Assembly (NCBI GenBank): GCA_030643245.1
Contig: DAOWME010000003.1
Coordinates: 1 to 38,224 of the forward strand
Source: Deltaproteobacteria bacterium
Lineage (GTDB): Bacteria > Desulfobacterota > UBA8473
Direction: 5' to 3'
Length of the DNA: 38,224 nt
Shown here: piece by piece, positions 18,033 to 27,678 of the stretch
Layout of the letters: every line of letters starts with the position of its first letter
Numbering within the stretch: position 1 is the stretch's first letter
The notes under the pieces: generated by a model
Seen by the model: only the letters and a program-made list of their open reading frames with translations
What the model was told of the DNA's origin: nothing
Databases searched by the model: none
Made by a program: the position numbers and the translations under genes

Positions 18033-18857
18033 GTGGACATCGATGCGCTCGATAAATGGAAAGAGACCATATTAAAGGACTATCCCAAACTCTCGTTGGA
18101 CGATAGGATAAGGTTTGCATGTCATAAGGGCCTCGAATGTTTTAATCAGTGTTGCGCTGACGTCAATATCTTCCTCACACCCTATGATATCCTTCGCATG
18201 AAGAGGCGGTTGCATATGACCTCCGATGAATTCCTTTCGAGATACACCTATGCCATTACCCTCGACAACAAGGGGCTTCCGGCTGTCGTATTGAAGATGG
18301 AGGAAGATGAGAGAAAGACGTGTCCATTTGTAAGCGCCGACGGGTGCACGATATACGATGACAGACCCTGGTCGTGCAGGATGTACCCCATAGGCATAGC
18401 ATCACCTGACAAAAATGCCAGGGGAAATCGAGAAGAGTTCTATTTTGTGGTAGATCAGGAATTGCCATGTCACGGGTTCAGGGAAGAGAAAGAATGGACA
18501 ATAAGAGAATGGAAGGAGAACCAGGGCGCGGATATTTATGATTCTAAAGGGGAAATCTATAAGGAAGTAACCCTACATGAATTCTTTCTGAGAGGGAACG
18601 CCCTGACCCCTGAAAAGAGAAAGATGTTTTATATGGCCTGTTATAATCTCGATAAGTTTAGAAGGTTCCTCTTTGAAAGCAGTTTCTCCCGTATTTTTGA
18701 TATCGATAAGGAGACTATGGATAGGCTTGGAACCGACGACGACGATCTTCTAGACTTCGCCTTTAGATGGATTCGATTCAGTATCTTCGGAGAGGGTGTC
18801 CTCAAAGTCAAAGAGAGGGTTCTTGAGGAAAAGAGGACTGAATTAGGTTTACAATAA
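18033..18857 (+). CDS. YkgJ-family cysteine-cluster (putative Zn/Fe-S) protein
   Basis: CHKGLECFNQCC, LTPYDI, CPF..GCTIYDDRPWSCRMYP. Confidence 0.88.
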   Translation: MDIDALDKWKETILKDYPKLSLDDRIRFACHKGLECFNQCCADVNIFLTPYDILRMKRRLHMTSDEFLSRYTYAITLDNKGLPAVVLKMEEDERKTCPFVSADGCTIYDDRPWSCRMYPIGIASPDKNARGNREEFYFVVDQELPCHGFREEKEWTIREWKENQGADIYDSKGEIYKEVTLHEFFLRGNALTPEKRKMFYMACYNLDKFRRFLFESSFSRIFDIDKETMDRLGTDDDDLLDFAFRWIRFSIFGEGVLKVKERVLEEKRTELGLQ

Positions 18858-19009
18858 AAAATTGCTCATTTCTGAATTGGAAACCAACTCGTGCCCTTTT
18901 CTCAAGAAGTCCATTTATGGATGGGCACTAGGTAGTCTGAGGATGTATAAATGAGCATGTTCGATGAATAATATCCTACATTCTATGTAATGGGAGACAA
19001 GGAGGAAAC

Positions 19010-20278
19010 ATGGCGGATACTAACATTTCTGGTGAAAAGCCCATACTCGTCATTGGAGGGGGTATGAGCGGCTTGACAACGGCCCTCGAGGCTGCGGAAG
19101 CAGGCGCTAAAGTCGTCATCGTGGAAAAAGAGCCTTTTCTCGGCGGAAGGGTGGCCAGGATCAACAAATACTACACCAAACTTTGCCCCCCGAGCTGTGG
19201 ACTGGAGATCAACTTCAGGAGGATGAAGAAAAATCCAAATATCAATTGCTATACTTTGGCGGAGGTAGAATCGGTTTCCGGTGCGGAAGGGGATTACGAT
19301 GTGTCCATAAAGGTGAACCCCAGGTACGTGAATGAGAAATGCACGGCCTGCGGAAAATGCGCAGAGGTATGTGTCACTGAGGTCACGAATGACTTCAACC
19401 TCGGCATGAATAAGACGAAAGCCGCTTACCTTCCTCATTATATGGCATTCCCCATGAGGTATGTCCTCGCCCCTGAGATCATCGGAACGGATGACGCAAA
19501 GAGGTGTCTGGATGCGTGCGCATACGACGCCATCGACCTCGATATGCAACCGGAGACTGTGAGAGTAAAGGTAGGGGCCATAGTTGTGGCCACAGGCTGG
19601 GAGCCTTACGACGCCGCAAAGATAGACAACCTCGGTTTCGGAACATGTGAAAACGTTATAACCAATGTCATGATGGAGCGGCTGGCGGCTCCCAACGGGC
19701 CCACGGAAGGGAAAATATTGCGGCCATCTGATGGAAAAGAGGTGAAGAAGGTTATTTTCGCCCAGTGTGCGGGTTCGAGGGATGAAAATCATCTCCCGTA
19801 TTGTTCCGGCGTATGCTGTCTCGCATCCCTGAAACAGGCCACGTATGTAAGAGACCAATATCCTGAATCCGAGGCTACGATTTTTTATATAGATGTGAGG
19901 GCCCTCGGGAGGTATGAAGATTTCTATCAACAGGTGGAGAGTGATGACAAGGTGTCCCTTATCAAGGGAAAGGTGGCAAAGGTAGAAGAAGACCCCGGCA
20001 CCAAGGACCCCATAGTGGAGGTGGAAGACACGCTGTTAGGTGAGAAGATCAAGGCCCAGGCAGATCTCGTTGTTTTGGCGACGGGGATAGTCCCCAATAC
20101 GCTGGGAAATAAGATCCCCGTGGACATAACCTGTGATGATTTTGGCTTTATGGTTTCTGATCCGGAGAAGCCGGGTGTATATGCAGCCGGGTGCGCCAAG
20201 AGACCTACAGGGGTTGCAGACTCGGTTCAGGATGCAACAGGAGCAGCCCTTAAGGCCATTCAAAGTATAAGGAGGTAA
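19010..20278 (+). CDS. qmoA: QmoA (HdrA-like)
   Basis: GGGMSG FAD motif, KLCPPSCG, QCAGSRD..YCSGVCC; first gene of the qmoABC series. Confidence 0.95.
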   Translation: MADTNISGEKPILVIGGGMSGLTTALEAAEAGAKVVIVEKEPFLGGRVARINKYYTKLCPPSCGLEINFRRMKKNPNINCYTLAEVESVSGAEGDYDVSIKVNPRYVNEKCTACGKCAEVCVTEVTNDFNLGMNKTKAAYLPHYMAFPMRYVLAPEIIGTDDAKRCLDACAYDAIDLDMQPETVRVKVGAIVVATGWEPYDAAKIDNLGFGTCENVITNVMMERLAAPNGPTEGKILRPSDGKEVKKVIFAQCAGSRDENHLPYCSGVCCLASLKQATYVRDQYPESEATIFYIDVRALGRYEDFYQQVESDDKVSLIKGKVAKVEEDPGTKDPIVEVEDTLLGEKIKAQADLVVLATGIVPNTLGNKIPVDITCDDFGFMVSDPEKPGVYAAGCAKRPTGVADSVQDATGAALKAIQSIRR

Positions 20279-20280
20279 CC

Positions 20281-22518
20281 ATGGACAAAAAGATCGGGGT
20301 TTATATATGTAGTGGTTGTGGAATAGGCGAGGCCCTCGACATCGATGCTCTGGCCGAAGTGGCCACTTCCGAATACAGCGTTCCCATATGCAAAAATCAC
20401 ACTGCGTTGTGCGGGAAAGAAGGGGCCGCCCTTATAGAAGGCGACATGAAAAAAGAAGGGGTGAATACCGTGGTCATTGCCGCGTGTTCGCCCAGGGAGA
20501 AGACCGAGGTCTTCTCATACGACCCTACTACAATCTCCATGGAAAGGGTAAATCTGAGGGAGCACGTCATATGGTGCCACCCTCCGAATGATGAAGATAC
20601 ACAGATGCTTGCAGAAGACTACATGCGGATGGGGCTTGTTAAGGCAGAAAAGATGGAGCCTCTTGAGCCTTTCAGCGAGGAGATAGACAGGACCATTCTC
20701 GTGGTGGGTGGCGGAATAACGGGGATAACATCAGCCCTCGATGCTGCAAAGGCAGGATCCGATGTGGTTCTGGTTGAGAAAAAGCAAGAGCTTGGCGGCT
20801 GGATGGCCAAGCTTTGGAAGGAGTATCCGAAAACGCCGCCTTATACGGATATACAGGAGACAGGCATAGATTCCATGATCAATGAGGTGAAATCCAACAC
20901 AAAGATCAAGGTCTATACCGGCGCCAAGATAGAGAAGACAGAAGGCAGCCCTGGTATGTTTGATGTCACCATAAGCCAAAACGGTAGCTCCGATACAGTG
21001 CGGGTGGGGGCCATAGTGGAGGCTGCGGGCTGGCAGCCCTACGATGCCACAAAACTCGGACACCTCGGTTTTGGGAAGTCTCCGAATGTGGTAACGAATA
21101 TCATGGTGGAAGAGATGGCATCGAATGGGAAGTTTGCCAGGCCCTCCGACGGGAAAGAGGCGAAGAGTGTGGTGTTTATCCAGTGCGCAGGGTCGAGGGA
21201 TAAGGACCACTTGCCCTACTGCTCTTCTTATTGCTGTCTCACTTCACTTAAGCAGGCCAAATATATAAGAGACCACGATAGTGATGCAAAGGTCTACATC
21301 ATTTATAAAGATATGAGAACCCTCGGTCAGAATGAGATCTTTTACAAGAAGGTACAGGAAGATGAGGGTATCTTTCTGACAAAGGGCGAGGTTGTGAGCG
21401 TGTCCGAAGATCCCGGAAATAACCTTGTCATAGATGTGGATAATACCCTTCTTGGAGAGAAGATCCAGGTGAAGGCCGAGATGGTGGTCCTGGCAACGGG
21501 CATGGTCCCCTCGGTTGGTATAAAGGTTGAGGGTGCGATTGTAGGAGAACCCGAGGAAGCCGCCGAGGAAAAAAAGAAAGAAGATGAAGAGGAGCCAACG
21601 GATATCATAATACCGTCCGACACCTTAAACCTAACCTACAGACAGGGGCCCGAACTACCCGCGTTGAAGTATGGGTTTCCTGACTCTCACTATATATGCT
21701 TTCCTTATGAGACGCGAAGGACAGGCATCTATGCCGCCGGGTGCGGCAGACAGCCCATGGACAGCGCTGCGTGTATCGATGATGCGGCCGGAGCCACGCT
21801 CAAGGCCATACAGTGCCTTGAATTGACTGCCCAGGGCAAGGCGGTCCATCCGAGGTCCTGGGATATGAGTTATCCGGATCTATACATGTCGCGGTGCACT
21901 CAGTGTAAGAGGTGCACGGAAGAATGCCCGTTCGGCATGTATAATGAGGATGAGAAGGGCAACCCGCTACCGAACCCCACGAGGTGTCGAAGGTGCGGCA
22001 TATGCATGGGCTCATGCCCGGAGAGGATAATATCCTTCAAGGATTACTCAGTCGATATTATAGGCTCAATGGTAAAGGCCATAGAGGTGCCCGAAGAAGA
22101 TGAGGAAAAACCGAGGGTTGTAGCGTTCCTCTGTGAAAATGATGCCTATCCGTCAATGGATATAGTGGGTCGAAAACGTATTTCCTATAATCCTTACATA
22201 AGGGTAATCCCCCTAAGGTGTTTAGGGAACGTTAATCTCGTGTGGGTCGCCGATGCTCTTTCAAAGGGTATCGATGGGATTCTTCTCGTCGGGTGCAAGT
22301 ACGGCGACGATTATCAGTGTCACTATATTAAAGGCAGCGAACTGGCGAATTACAGGCTGGAAAAGATAAAGGAGACCCTCGACAGGCTTGTGCTCGAGTC
22401 TGAGAGGGTGCGGGTCCTCGAATTGTCCATCGATGAATACGACAAGTTGCCGGGGATTTTTGATGATTTCATGGAGACAATAGAAGAGGTGGGTCCAAAC
22501 CCGTATAAGGGTTTCTAA
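20281..22518 (+). CDS. qmoB: QmoB (HdrA plus MvhD domains)
   Basis: CSGCG, VNLREH, CTQCKRCTEECP, CENDAYP; C-terminus GPNPYKGF. Confidence 0.96.
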   Translation: MDKKIGVYICSGCGIGEALDIDALAEVATSEYSVPICKNHTALCGKEGAALIEGDMKKEGVNTVVIAACSPREKTEVFSYDPTTISMERVNLREHVIWCHPPNDEDTQMLAEDYMRMGLVKAEKMEPLEPFSEEIDRTILVVGGGITGITSALDAAKAGSDVVLVEKKQELGGWMAKLWKEYPKTPPYTDIQETGIDSMINEVKSNTKIKVYTGAKIEKTEGSPGMFDVTISQNGSSDTVRVGAIVEAAGWQPYDATKLGHLGFGKSPNVVTNIMVEEMASNGKFARPSDGKEAKSVVFIQCAGSRDKDHLPYCSSYCCLTSLKQAKYIRDHDSDAKVYIIYKDMRTLGQNEIFYKKVQEDEGIFLTKGEVVSVSEDPGNNLVIDVDNTLLGEKIQVKAEMVVLATGMVPSVGIKVEGAIVGEPEEAAEEKKKEDEEEPTDIIIPSDTLNLTYRQGPELPALKYGFPDSHYICFPYETRRTGIYAAGCGRQPMDSAACIDDAAGATLKAIQCLELTAQGKAVHPRSWDMSYPDLYMSRCTQCKRCTEECPFGMYNEDEKGNPLPNPTRCRRCGICMGSCPERIISFKDYSVDIIGSMVKAIEVPEEDEEKPRVVAFLCENDAYPSMDIVGRKRISYNPYIRVIPLRCLGNVNLVWVADALSKGIDGILLVGCKYGDDYQCHYIKGSELANYRLEKIKETLDRLVLESERVRVLELSIDEYDKLPGIFDDFMETIEEVGPNPYKGF

Positions 22519-22531
22519 GTGTAAACCGACG

Positions 22532-22693
22532 ATACCTCACGGGGTCATAATCTGTCGCAATTTCAGCGAGTAATGAGCATGGAGCGCAAGGCGCGAAAGT
22601 GTGTAATCTCCGGTCCATATTGAAAGCCCGCACAACACAGCATTTGGCGCTCAGGGCCGATGAAAACGCGCAACTTATGGCCGTATAAGGTAT
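22532..22693. repeat. Degenerate inverted-repeat (MITE-like) element between qmoB and qmoC
   Basis: Left arm atacctcacggggtcataa... versus reverse complement of right arm ataccttatacggccataa..., about 70% identical over ~36 bp by eye. Confidence 0.45.
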
Positions 22694-22717
22694 AAACTTT
22701 ACATTGAGGTGAAAAAA

Positions 22718-23854
22718 ATGGCGGACAGACAGCTCATAGAACCAGACATGAATTTTGTCAAGAAGATAGAAGACTTTGGCGGAGATACGCTGAAGAAGTG
22801 TTTTCAGTGCGCCACATGTTCTGTCGTGTGTAAGCTATCCCCTGAAAATAATCCGTTCCCCAGAAAAGAGATGTTATGGGCGGGCTGGGGGTTGAAGGAC
22901 AGGCTGGTAACTGACCCGGATATATGGCTCTGCCACCAGTGCAACGATTGTTCTGCATATTGTCCAAGAGGCGCAAAACCAGGGGACGTTCTGGCCGCCG
23001 TCAGAAATTACAGTTTTATGCACTACGCCTTTCCGAGCATTCTTGGCAAGGCACTGAGCGATTCAAAGTTTCTTCCCATTCTCCTCGGCATCCCGGTGGT
23101 TATCCTCCTCTTTCTTATGGGGATTGCGGGCCATCTCAATATACCTCAGGGAGAAATCGTATTTGAGAAATTTGTCCCTCATTATATCGTTGACCCCCTC
23201 TTTATCACGGTCTCCATATTGATGTTCATATCGCTCATTGTGGGGGTTACCAGGTTCTGGAATGGCATGAAGCAGGGTGTTCATCCCAGTGTATCTAAAA
23301 AAGTACCTGTAGGGGATTTCGTAAAGCTACACGTGATCCCAACCCTTGTTGATATCTTTAAGCACTCGAAATTTATGAAGTGCGACAGGAATCGATGGCG
23401 GTACATTGCCCACCTGCTTATCTTTTATTCGTTCATAGCTCTCGCGATGGTGACGGGGATTGTCTTTCTGGGTTTATACTTTCTCGGATTTGAACACATG
23501 CTGCCCCTTGCCCAGTGGAACCCCGTAAAACTCCTGGCAAATGCGGGCGCTATTGCTCTATTCGTGGGCTGCACCATCGTCATTTCCAACAGACTCAAGG
23601 AGGAAGAAAAGAAGAGCAAAAGCACATACTTTGACTGGGTATTCATAATGGTGGTCTATTTCATAGCCATCTCAGGGATACTCACCGAACTCACCAGGTT
23701 GGCCCATCTGGCCGGGCTGGCCTACTCGTTATATTTTGTTCACCTTGTCCTGGTATTTTATCTCCTGGCCTACCTGCCGTTCTCCAAATTTGCTCACATG
23801 ATTTATCGAACCGTGGCCCTGGTCTATTCGAGCTATTCCGGGAGAGAAGGTTAA
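22718..23854 (+). CDS. qmoC: QmoC (HdrC-like Fe-S domain plus membrane cytochrome b)
   Basis: CFQCATCSVVC, WLCHQCNDCSAYCPRG, YLPFSKFAH. RBS GAGGTG precedes ATG 22718. Confidence 0.96.
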   Translation: MADRQLIEPDMNFVKKIEDFGGDTLKKCFQCATCSVVCKLSPENNPFPRKEMLWAGWGLKDRLVTDPDIWLCHQCNDCSAYCPRGAKPGDVLAAVRNYSFMHYAFPSILGKALSDSKFLPILLGIPVVILLFLMGIAGHLNIPQGEIVFEKFVPHYIVDPLFITVSILMFISLIVGVTRFWNGMKQGVHPSVSKKVPVGDFVKLHVIPTLVDIFKHSKFMKCDRNRWRYIAHLLIFYSFIALAMVTGIVFLGLYFLGFEHMLPLAQWNPVKLLANAGAIALFVGCTIVISNRLKEEEKKSKSTYFDWVFIMVVYFIAISGILTELTRLAHLAGLAYSLYFVHLVLVFYLLAYLPFSKFAHMIYRTVALVYSSYSGREG

Positions 23855-23965
23855 AGGAGTATAAGAGGGAAAGCAAAGAATAAATAGAAAAGCAAGGTCT
23901 TGTATAAAACAAGTCCGTGAGAATAATAATTCTTAACAACGAAGTGTAGAAAAAGGAGGAGTGTG

Positions 23966-25147
23966 ATGATTAAGCCGTTCGGATCCGACAAACTAAACCC
24001 GTTGTATGTTTCTGATGATGCAAAACGCGAAGCGCTGATCAAGGAGGCTGAAGGATTACCTTCTGTAGTAATGTCTTCCGCTGCAGCCGGAAACGCCGTC
24101 ATGTTGGGTTCCGGTTACTTTAACCCCCTGACGGGATACATGAACCTCGCCGATTCCAAAAGCGTTGCAGAGAAGATGCAGACCACTTCCGGTTTGCTCT
24201 GGCCGGCGCCTATCGTGAATGTACTAAAAGATGTATCCGCTATCAAAGGCGCCAAACGCATTGCCCTTCGTGATCCCAATGTTGAAGGGAACCCGGTTTT
24301 GGCCATCCAGGACGTGGAAGCTATCGAAGAGGCGAGCGCAGATGATATGAAGATGATAACAGAGAAGGTTTTCCTTACCACGGATGAGAATCATCCCGGG
24401 GTTGCAGCCTTCAATTCAGTTGGCAATTTTTTCGTTTCCGGTCCTATCCAGGTATTGAGCTATTCTTATTTCAAGACTGACTTCCCCGAGACATTTAATA
24501 CCGCAGTAGAACTCCGGGACCACATTGAGAAGCATGGGTGGAAAGAGGTTTGTGCCTTCCAGACCCGTAACCCGATGCACAGGGCACATGAAGAGCTGGT
24601 CAAGATGGCCATGAAGGAGTATAATGCGGATGGCGCTATCATTCACATGCTGCTTGGGAAACTGAAACCGGGTGACATCCCTGCCGATGTTCGGGATGCC
24701 GCTATACGAAAGATGGCGGAACTCTACTTCGAGCCCAATTCACTGGAGATATCGGGCTACGGTTTTGACATGCTCTACGCAGGTCCCCGCGAGGCTGTGC
24801 TACACGCAATATTCCGGCAAAATATGGGCGCTACCGTGCTGATCGTTGGACGTGACCACGCAGGTGTGGGGGACTATTATGGCGGATTTGACGCACAGGC
24901 CATATTTGACGAGGTTCCTGAGGGGGCCCTCGATATAAAGATATTCAAGGGCGATCACACAGTGTGGTGCAAAAAGTGTAAAAATGTCGTGATGATGCGT
25001 GATTGTCCCCATGGCAAGGACGACTACATCATGCTTTCAGGAACAAAGGTTCGCGAAATGCTGGCCGCCGGTCAAGAGCTGCCTCCGGAATTCTCACATC
25101 CGGAAGTGGCACATATACTCATGGGCTATTATAAGAATAGCGACTAA
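23966..25147 (+). CDS. sat: Sulfate adenylyltransferase
   Basis: FQTRNPMHRAHE, YAGPREA, GRDHAGVG, LSGTKVREML. Confidence 0.98.
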   Translation: MIKPFGSDKLNPLYVSDDAKREALIKEAEGLPSVVMSSAAAGNAVMLGSGYFNPLTGYMNLADSKSVAEKMQTTSGLLWPAPIVNVLKDVSAIKGAKRIALRDPNVEGNPVLAIQDVEAIEEASADDMKMITEKVFLTTDENHPGVAAFNSVGNFFVSGPIQVLSYSYFKTDFPETFNTAVELRDHIEKHGWKEVCAFQTRNPMHRAHEELVKMAMKEYNADGAIIHMLLGKLKPGDIPADVRDAAIRKMAELYFEPNSLEISGYGFDMLYAGPREAVLHAIFRQNMGATVLIVGRDHAGVGDYYGGFDAQAIFDEVPEGALDIKIFKGDHTVWCKKCKNVVMMRDCPHGKDDYIMLSGTKVREMLAAGQELPPEFSHPEVAHILMGYYKNSD

Positions 25148-25170
25148 AACCCGCGGCCTCTATAAACTGG

Positions 25171-25218
25171 AACGCCCTGAGAATACCTTAACGGTCATGT
25201 CTTAGGGCGTTTTTGTTT
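25171..25218 (+). terminator. Intrinsic terminator after sat
   Basis: aacgccctgaga / tcttagggcgtt stem followed by tttgttt. Confidence 0.65.
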
Positions 25219-25294
25219 CGACGTCTGGATTAAATACCCTTCAGCCGTTCCACAGTAAGACGTTCTTATCGCATTTAGGTTACGGAGTTTGGGA

Positions 25295-25807
25295 TCAATC
25301 GTGTAAGAGCTTAATGGCCTCTTGGAGCTTGTCATTACTTGCAGTCATTAGCCTGTCTTTAAGCTTTGCCCTCAGATCCTCAGTTTTACCCTCCTCCACT
25401 TGTTCAAGTCCCAGGGCTTTCTGTATCTTTCCTATATATTCTGAAGGCACCACCGGTTTTTCAATATAGGAATGGGGACCCACAAGGGCCTTTTCAGCCT
25501 TGAGTTTCATGAAATCTTCTTTTCCCAGCTCGTCATGGGCGTGAGCCGTAACAACAATAAAGGGGATGTTTGACCATTCCGGGTTTTTTTGCAAATAGGA
25601 GAGTAATTTAAGCCCTCCCATTTTGGGCATCACAAGATCGAGAGAAATCAGGTCGGGTTTGGAATCACTAATCCTCTCCAGGGCGTGCTTCCCGTTGTTT
25701 GCGGTTATGACATTGAACCCGGAATCCTCCAGTACGGTTTTCAGGAATAATTGGATATCAGGTTCATCGTCTACAACAAGGATTGTCTTATTCTTTATAT
25801 CATCCAT
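25295..25807 (-). CDS. Response regulator receiver protein with short C-terminal extension
   Basis: ILVVDDE, PDLISLDLVMP, VTA, IEKP. RBS GGAGGG precedes ATG 25807. No recognisable DNA-binding domain. Confidence 0.9.
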   Translation of the reverse strand: MDDIKNKTILVVDDEPDIQLFLKTVLEDSGFNVITANNGKHALERISDSKPDLISLDLVMPKMGGLKLLSYLQKNPEWSNIPFIVVTAHAHDELGKEDFMKLKAEKALVGPHSYIEKPVVPSEYIGKIQKALGLEQVEEGKTEDLRAKLKDRLMTASNDKLQEAIKLLHD

Positions 25808-25867
25808 TTGGCCCTCCACAAAACATAAAAGGTTAGATGCTCTGTTAACTCAACAGAGTGTAACTTC

Positions 25868-27676
25868 TTAAGAACGATCTTTCTCTTCAATTGGAGATGG
25901 CAAACGGTTCCTGGGAAATTCCAGCGCAAAGACCGATCCTTTCCCGAGTGTTGATTTGAAGGATACCTTCCCCCCATGTGCATTGACCATCTTCCTCGTC
26001 ACGAGCAGACCCAAGCCCGTACCCTGTCCGGAACCCTTTGTTGTAAAAAAGCTGGTGAAGACCTTTTTCTTGACCTCATAATCCATGCCGCATCCATTGT
26101 CCTTTATTTCATAACAGATAGTATCGTTTTTTTCAAACAAAGAAAAGGTTATCTTGGGCTTTTTTCTAGTGCTCATAAGACAGGCGTCAATAGCATTAGA
26201 AACCAGGTTGGCAAGACATGTGTGTATACCGTGGGGGTCCATGGGGGCCTCCGCTATATCTTCCTGTAATTCTGTAGAGAATACTATCCCCGATCGTTCG
26301 ATGGTATCTTTATAAAGGTCAACAATATCAGTTGCCATGAAATATGGGCGCGTCAATTCCACCTTGAGGGCGGTTCCCCTTGAAAAACTCAGGAACTCTT
26401 TTACAAAAGAGGAGATTTTTTCGATATTATTTTCGAGCATGCCCCAGCCTTGTTTGACCAATTCATTGTTGTCCCTCTTCATACCGGAGTTAACAACATA
26501 CATACCACCTTCAAGCCCCATGAGAACGTTTTTTATGCCATGGGCAAGCCCGGCCACGGTTTGTCCGACAGCAGCCAGACGTTCCGCCTCAAGCATTTCG
26601 TTTTCCAGTTGCTTTATCTTGCTGAGGTCTTGAAAAAACATTACCTTACCAACATCCTGATCATCCTTTCTCAACCGTGTGCCTGAAAATACTATCGGGA
26701 TACTATTTCCTTTGCGGTCCGTTATTTCACCCTCTCTCAGCATTACAGCGCCATCATTTCGTTCAAGTTCCTTCAAGAATTCACTGGGATATATCTCTTT
26801 CTCAGACATTTTCCCGAGAACTTTTGTTTTGGGATACTTAATCAGGTTTTTCGCTGAAGGGTTATAGATATTTATTATTCCATCTCTATTGCTGGCGATA
26901 ATGCCATCGATGGCATTGTCAATTGTAATTTGTTGAAATTCCAAGGTTTCCTTTAAGCGATCCTCCAACAGGAAGGTCTCTGTTATGTCAATGGCCATTT
27001 CGATCACATAATTTACCTGCCGATCTTCTTTAGAATATGGCGTTGTAGTGACCATATAGATAACTTTATGTCCTTTTTTGTCGTAACCCTCCTGCAGGGA
27101 ATGGTGGGTTCTTCCATCTTTGAAGACCATCTTGGCCGGACATTTTTCACAGATTTCTTTCCTCTTCTTATAGATGTCAAAACAATATTTCCCGGCATCT
27201 TTTCCAAAGGTATTTTGGAAATGCCTGTTGCTGTTTACCACTTCAAAATTCCGGTTAATTACAGTTATATAACACGGAACATTGTCGAAGATTGTCCTGT
27301 ATTCCTTTTGAATCCGCGCCCTCTCAGTAACATCTGTTGACATCTCAATGATATGAGTTATTTCTCCACTCGAATCCCGATAAGGAGATATGTGAACGAG
27401 ACTATACCGAAGGTTGCCTTCCAAATCTCGCCTTTCCTCTTCAGAAACCCTGGTCTTTCCGTCAATAAATGTCTTGGAGGCAAAACAATGTGGGCATTTT
27501 CTTTTTCTATGCTTGTATACCTCAAAGCATCTTTTTCCTTCCCAGGCTCCAAATGTCTCAACAAATTTCTTGTTTGCGTCGACAATCATGTATTTTTTGT
27601 CGATGACAGCAATACTTGTGGGAACTTGATTAAATAAGTCAAAATCCGTCCATTTCTTGGAGTTGATCTCTTTCAT
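25868..27676 (-). CDS. Multi-PAS sensor histidine kinase
   Basis: Three PAS-like domains; H box AGLAHGIKN, N box NLVSNAIDA, DNGCGM, FFTTKG, GTGLGL. Start is 27676 or 27688. Confidence 0.93.
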   Translation of the reverse strand: MKEINSKKWTDFDLFNQVPTSIAVIDKKYMIVDANKKFVETFGAWEGKRCFEVYKHRKRKCPHCFASKTFIDGKTRVSEEERRDLEGNLRYSLVHISPYRDSSGEITHIIEMSTDVTERARIQKEYRTIFDNVPCYITVINRNFEVVNSNRHFQNTFGKDAGKYCFDIYKKRKEICEKCPAKMVFKDGRTHHSLQEGYDKKGHKVIYMVTTTPYSKEDRQVNYVIEMAIDITETFLLEDRLKETLEFQQITIDNAIDGIIASNRDGIINIYNPSAKNLIKYPKTKVLGKMSEKEIYPSEFLKELERNDGAVMLREGEITDRKGNSIPIVFSGTRLRKDDQDVGKVMFFQDLSKIKQLENEMLEAERLAAVGQTVAGLAHGIKNVLMGLEGGMYVVNSGMKRDNNELVKQGWGMLENNIEKISSFVKEFLSFSRGTALKVELTRPYFMATDIVDLYKDTIERSGIVFSTELQEDIAEAPMDPHGIHTCLANLVSNAIDACLMSTRKKPKITFSLFEKNDTICYEIKDNGCGMDYEVKKKVFTSFFTTKGSGQGTGLGLLVTRKMVNAHGGKVSFKSTLGKGSVFALEFPRNRLPSPIEEKDRS

Positions 27677-27678
27677 AC

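Noticed and set aside
18983-19930. 315-aa antisense ORF over qmoA, and the many other antisense or shifted ORFs over dsr, apr, qmo and chelatase genes
   Set aside because: Shadow frames of well-supported genes, with no recognisable motifs.
21517-21603. Acidic low-complexity stretch in QmoB (EPEEAAEEKKKEDEEE)
   Set aside because: In frame and most likely a variable surface loop; no sign of an intein or mobile insert.
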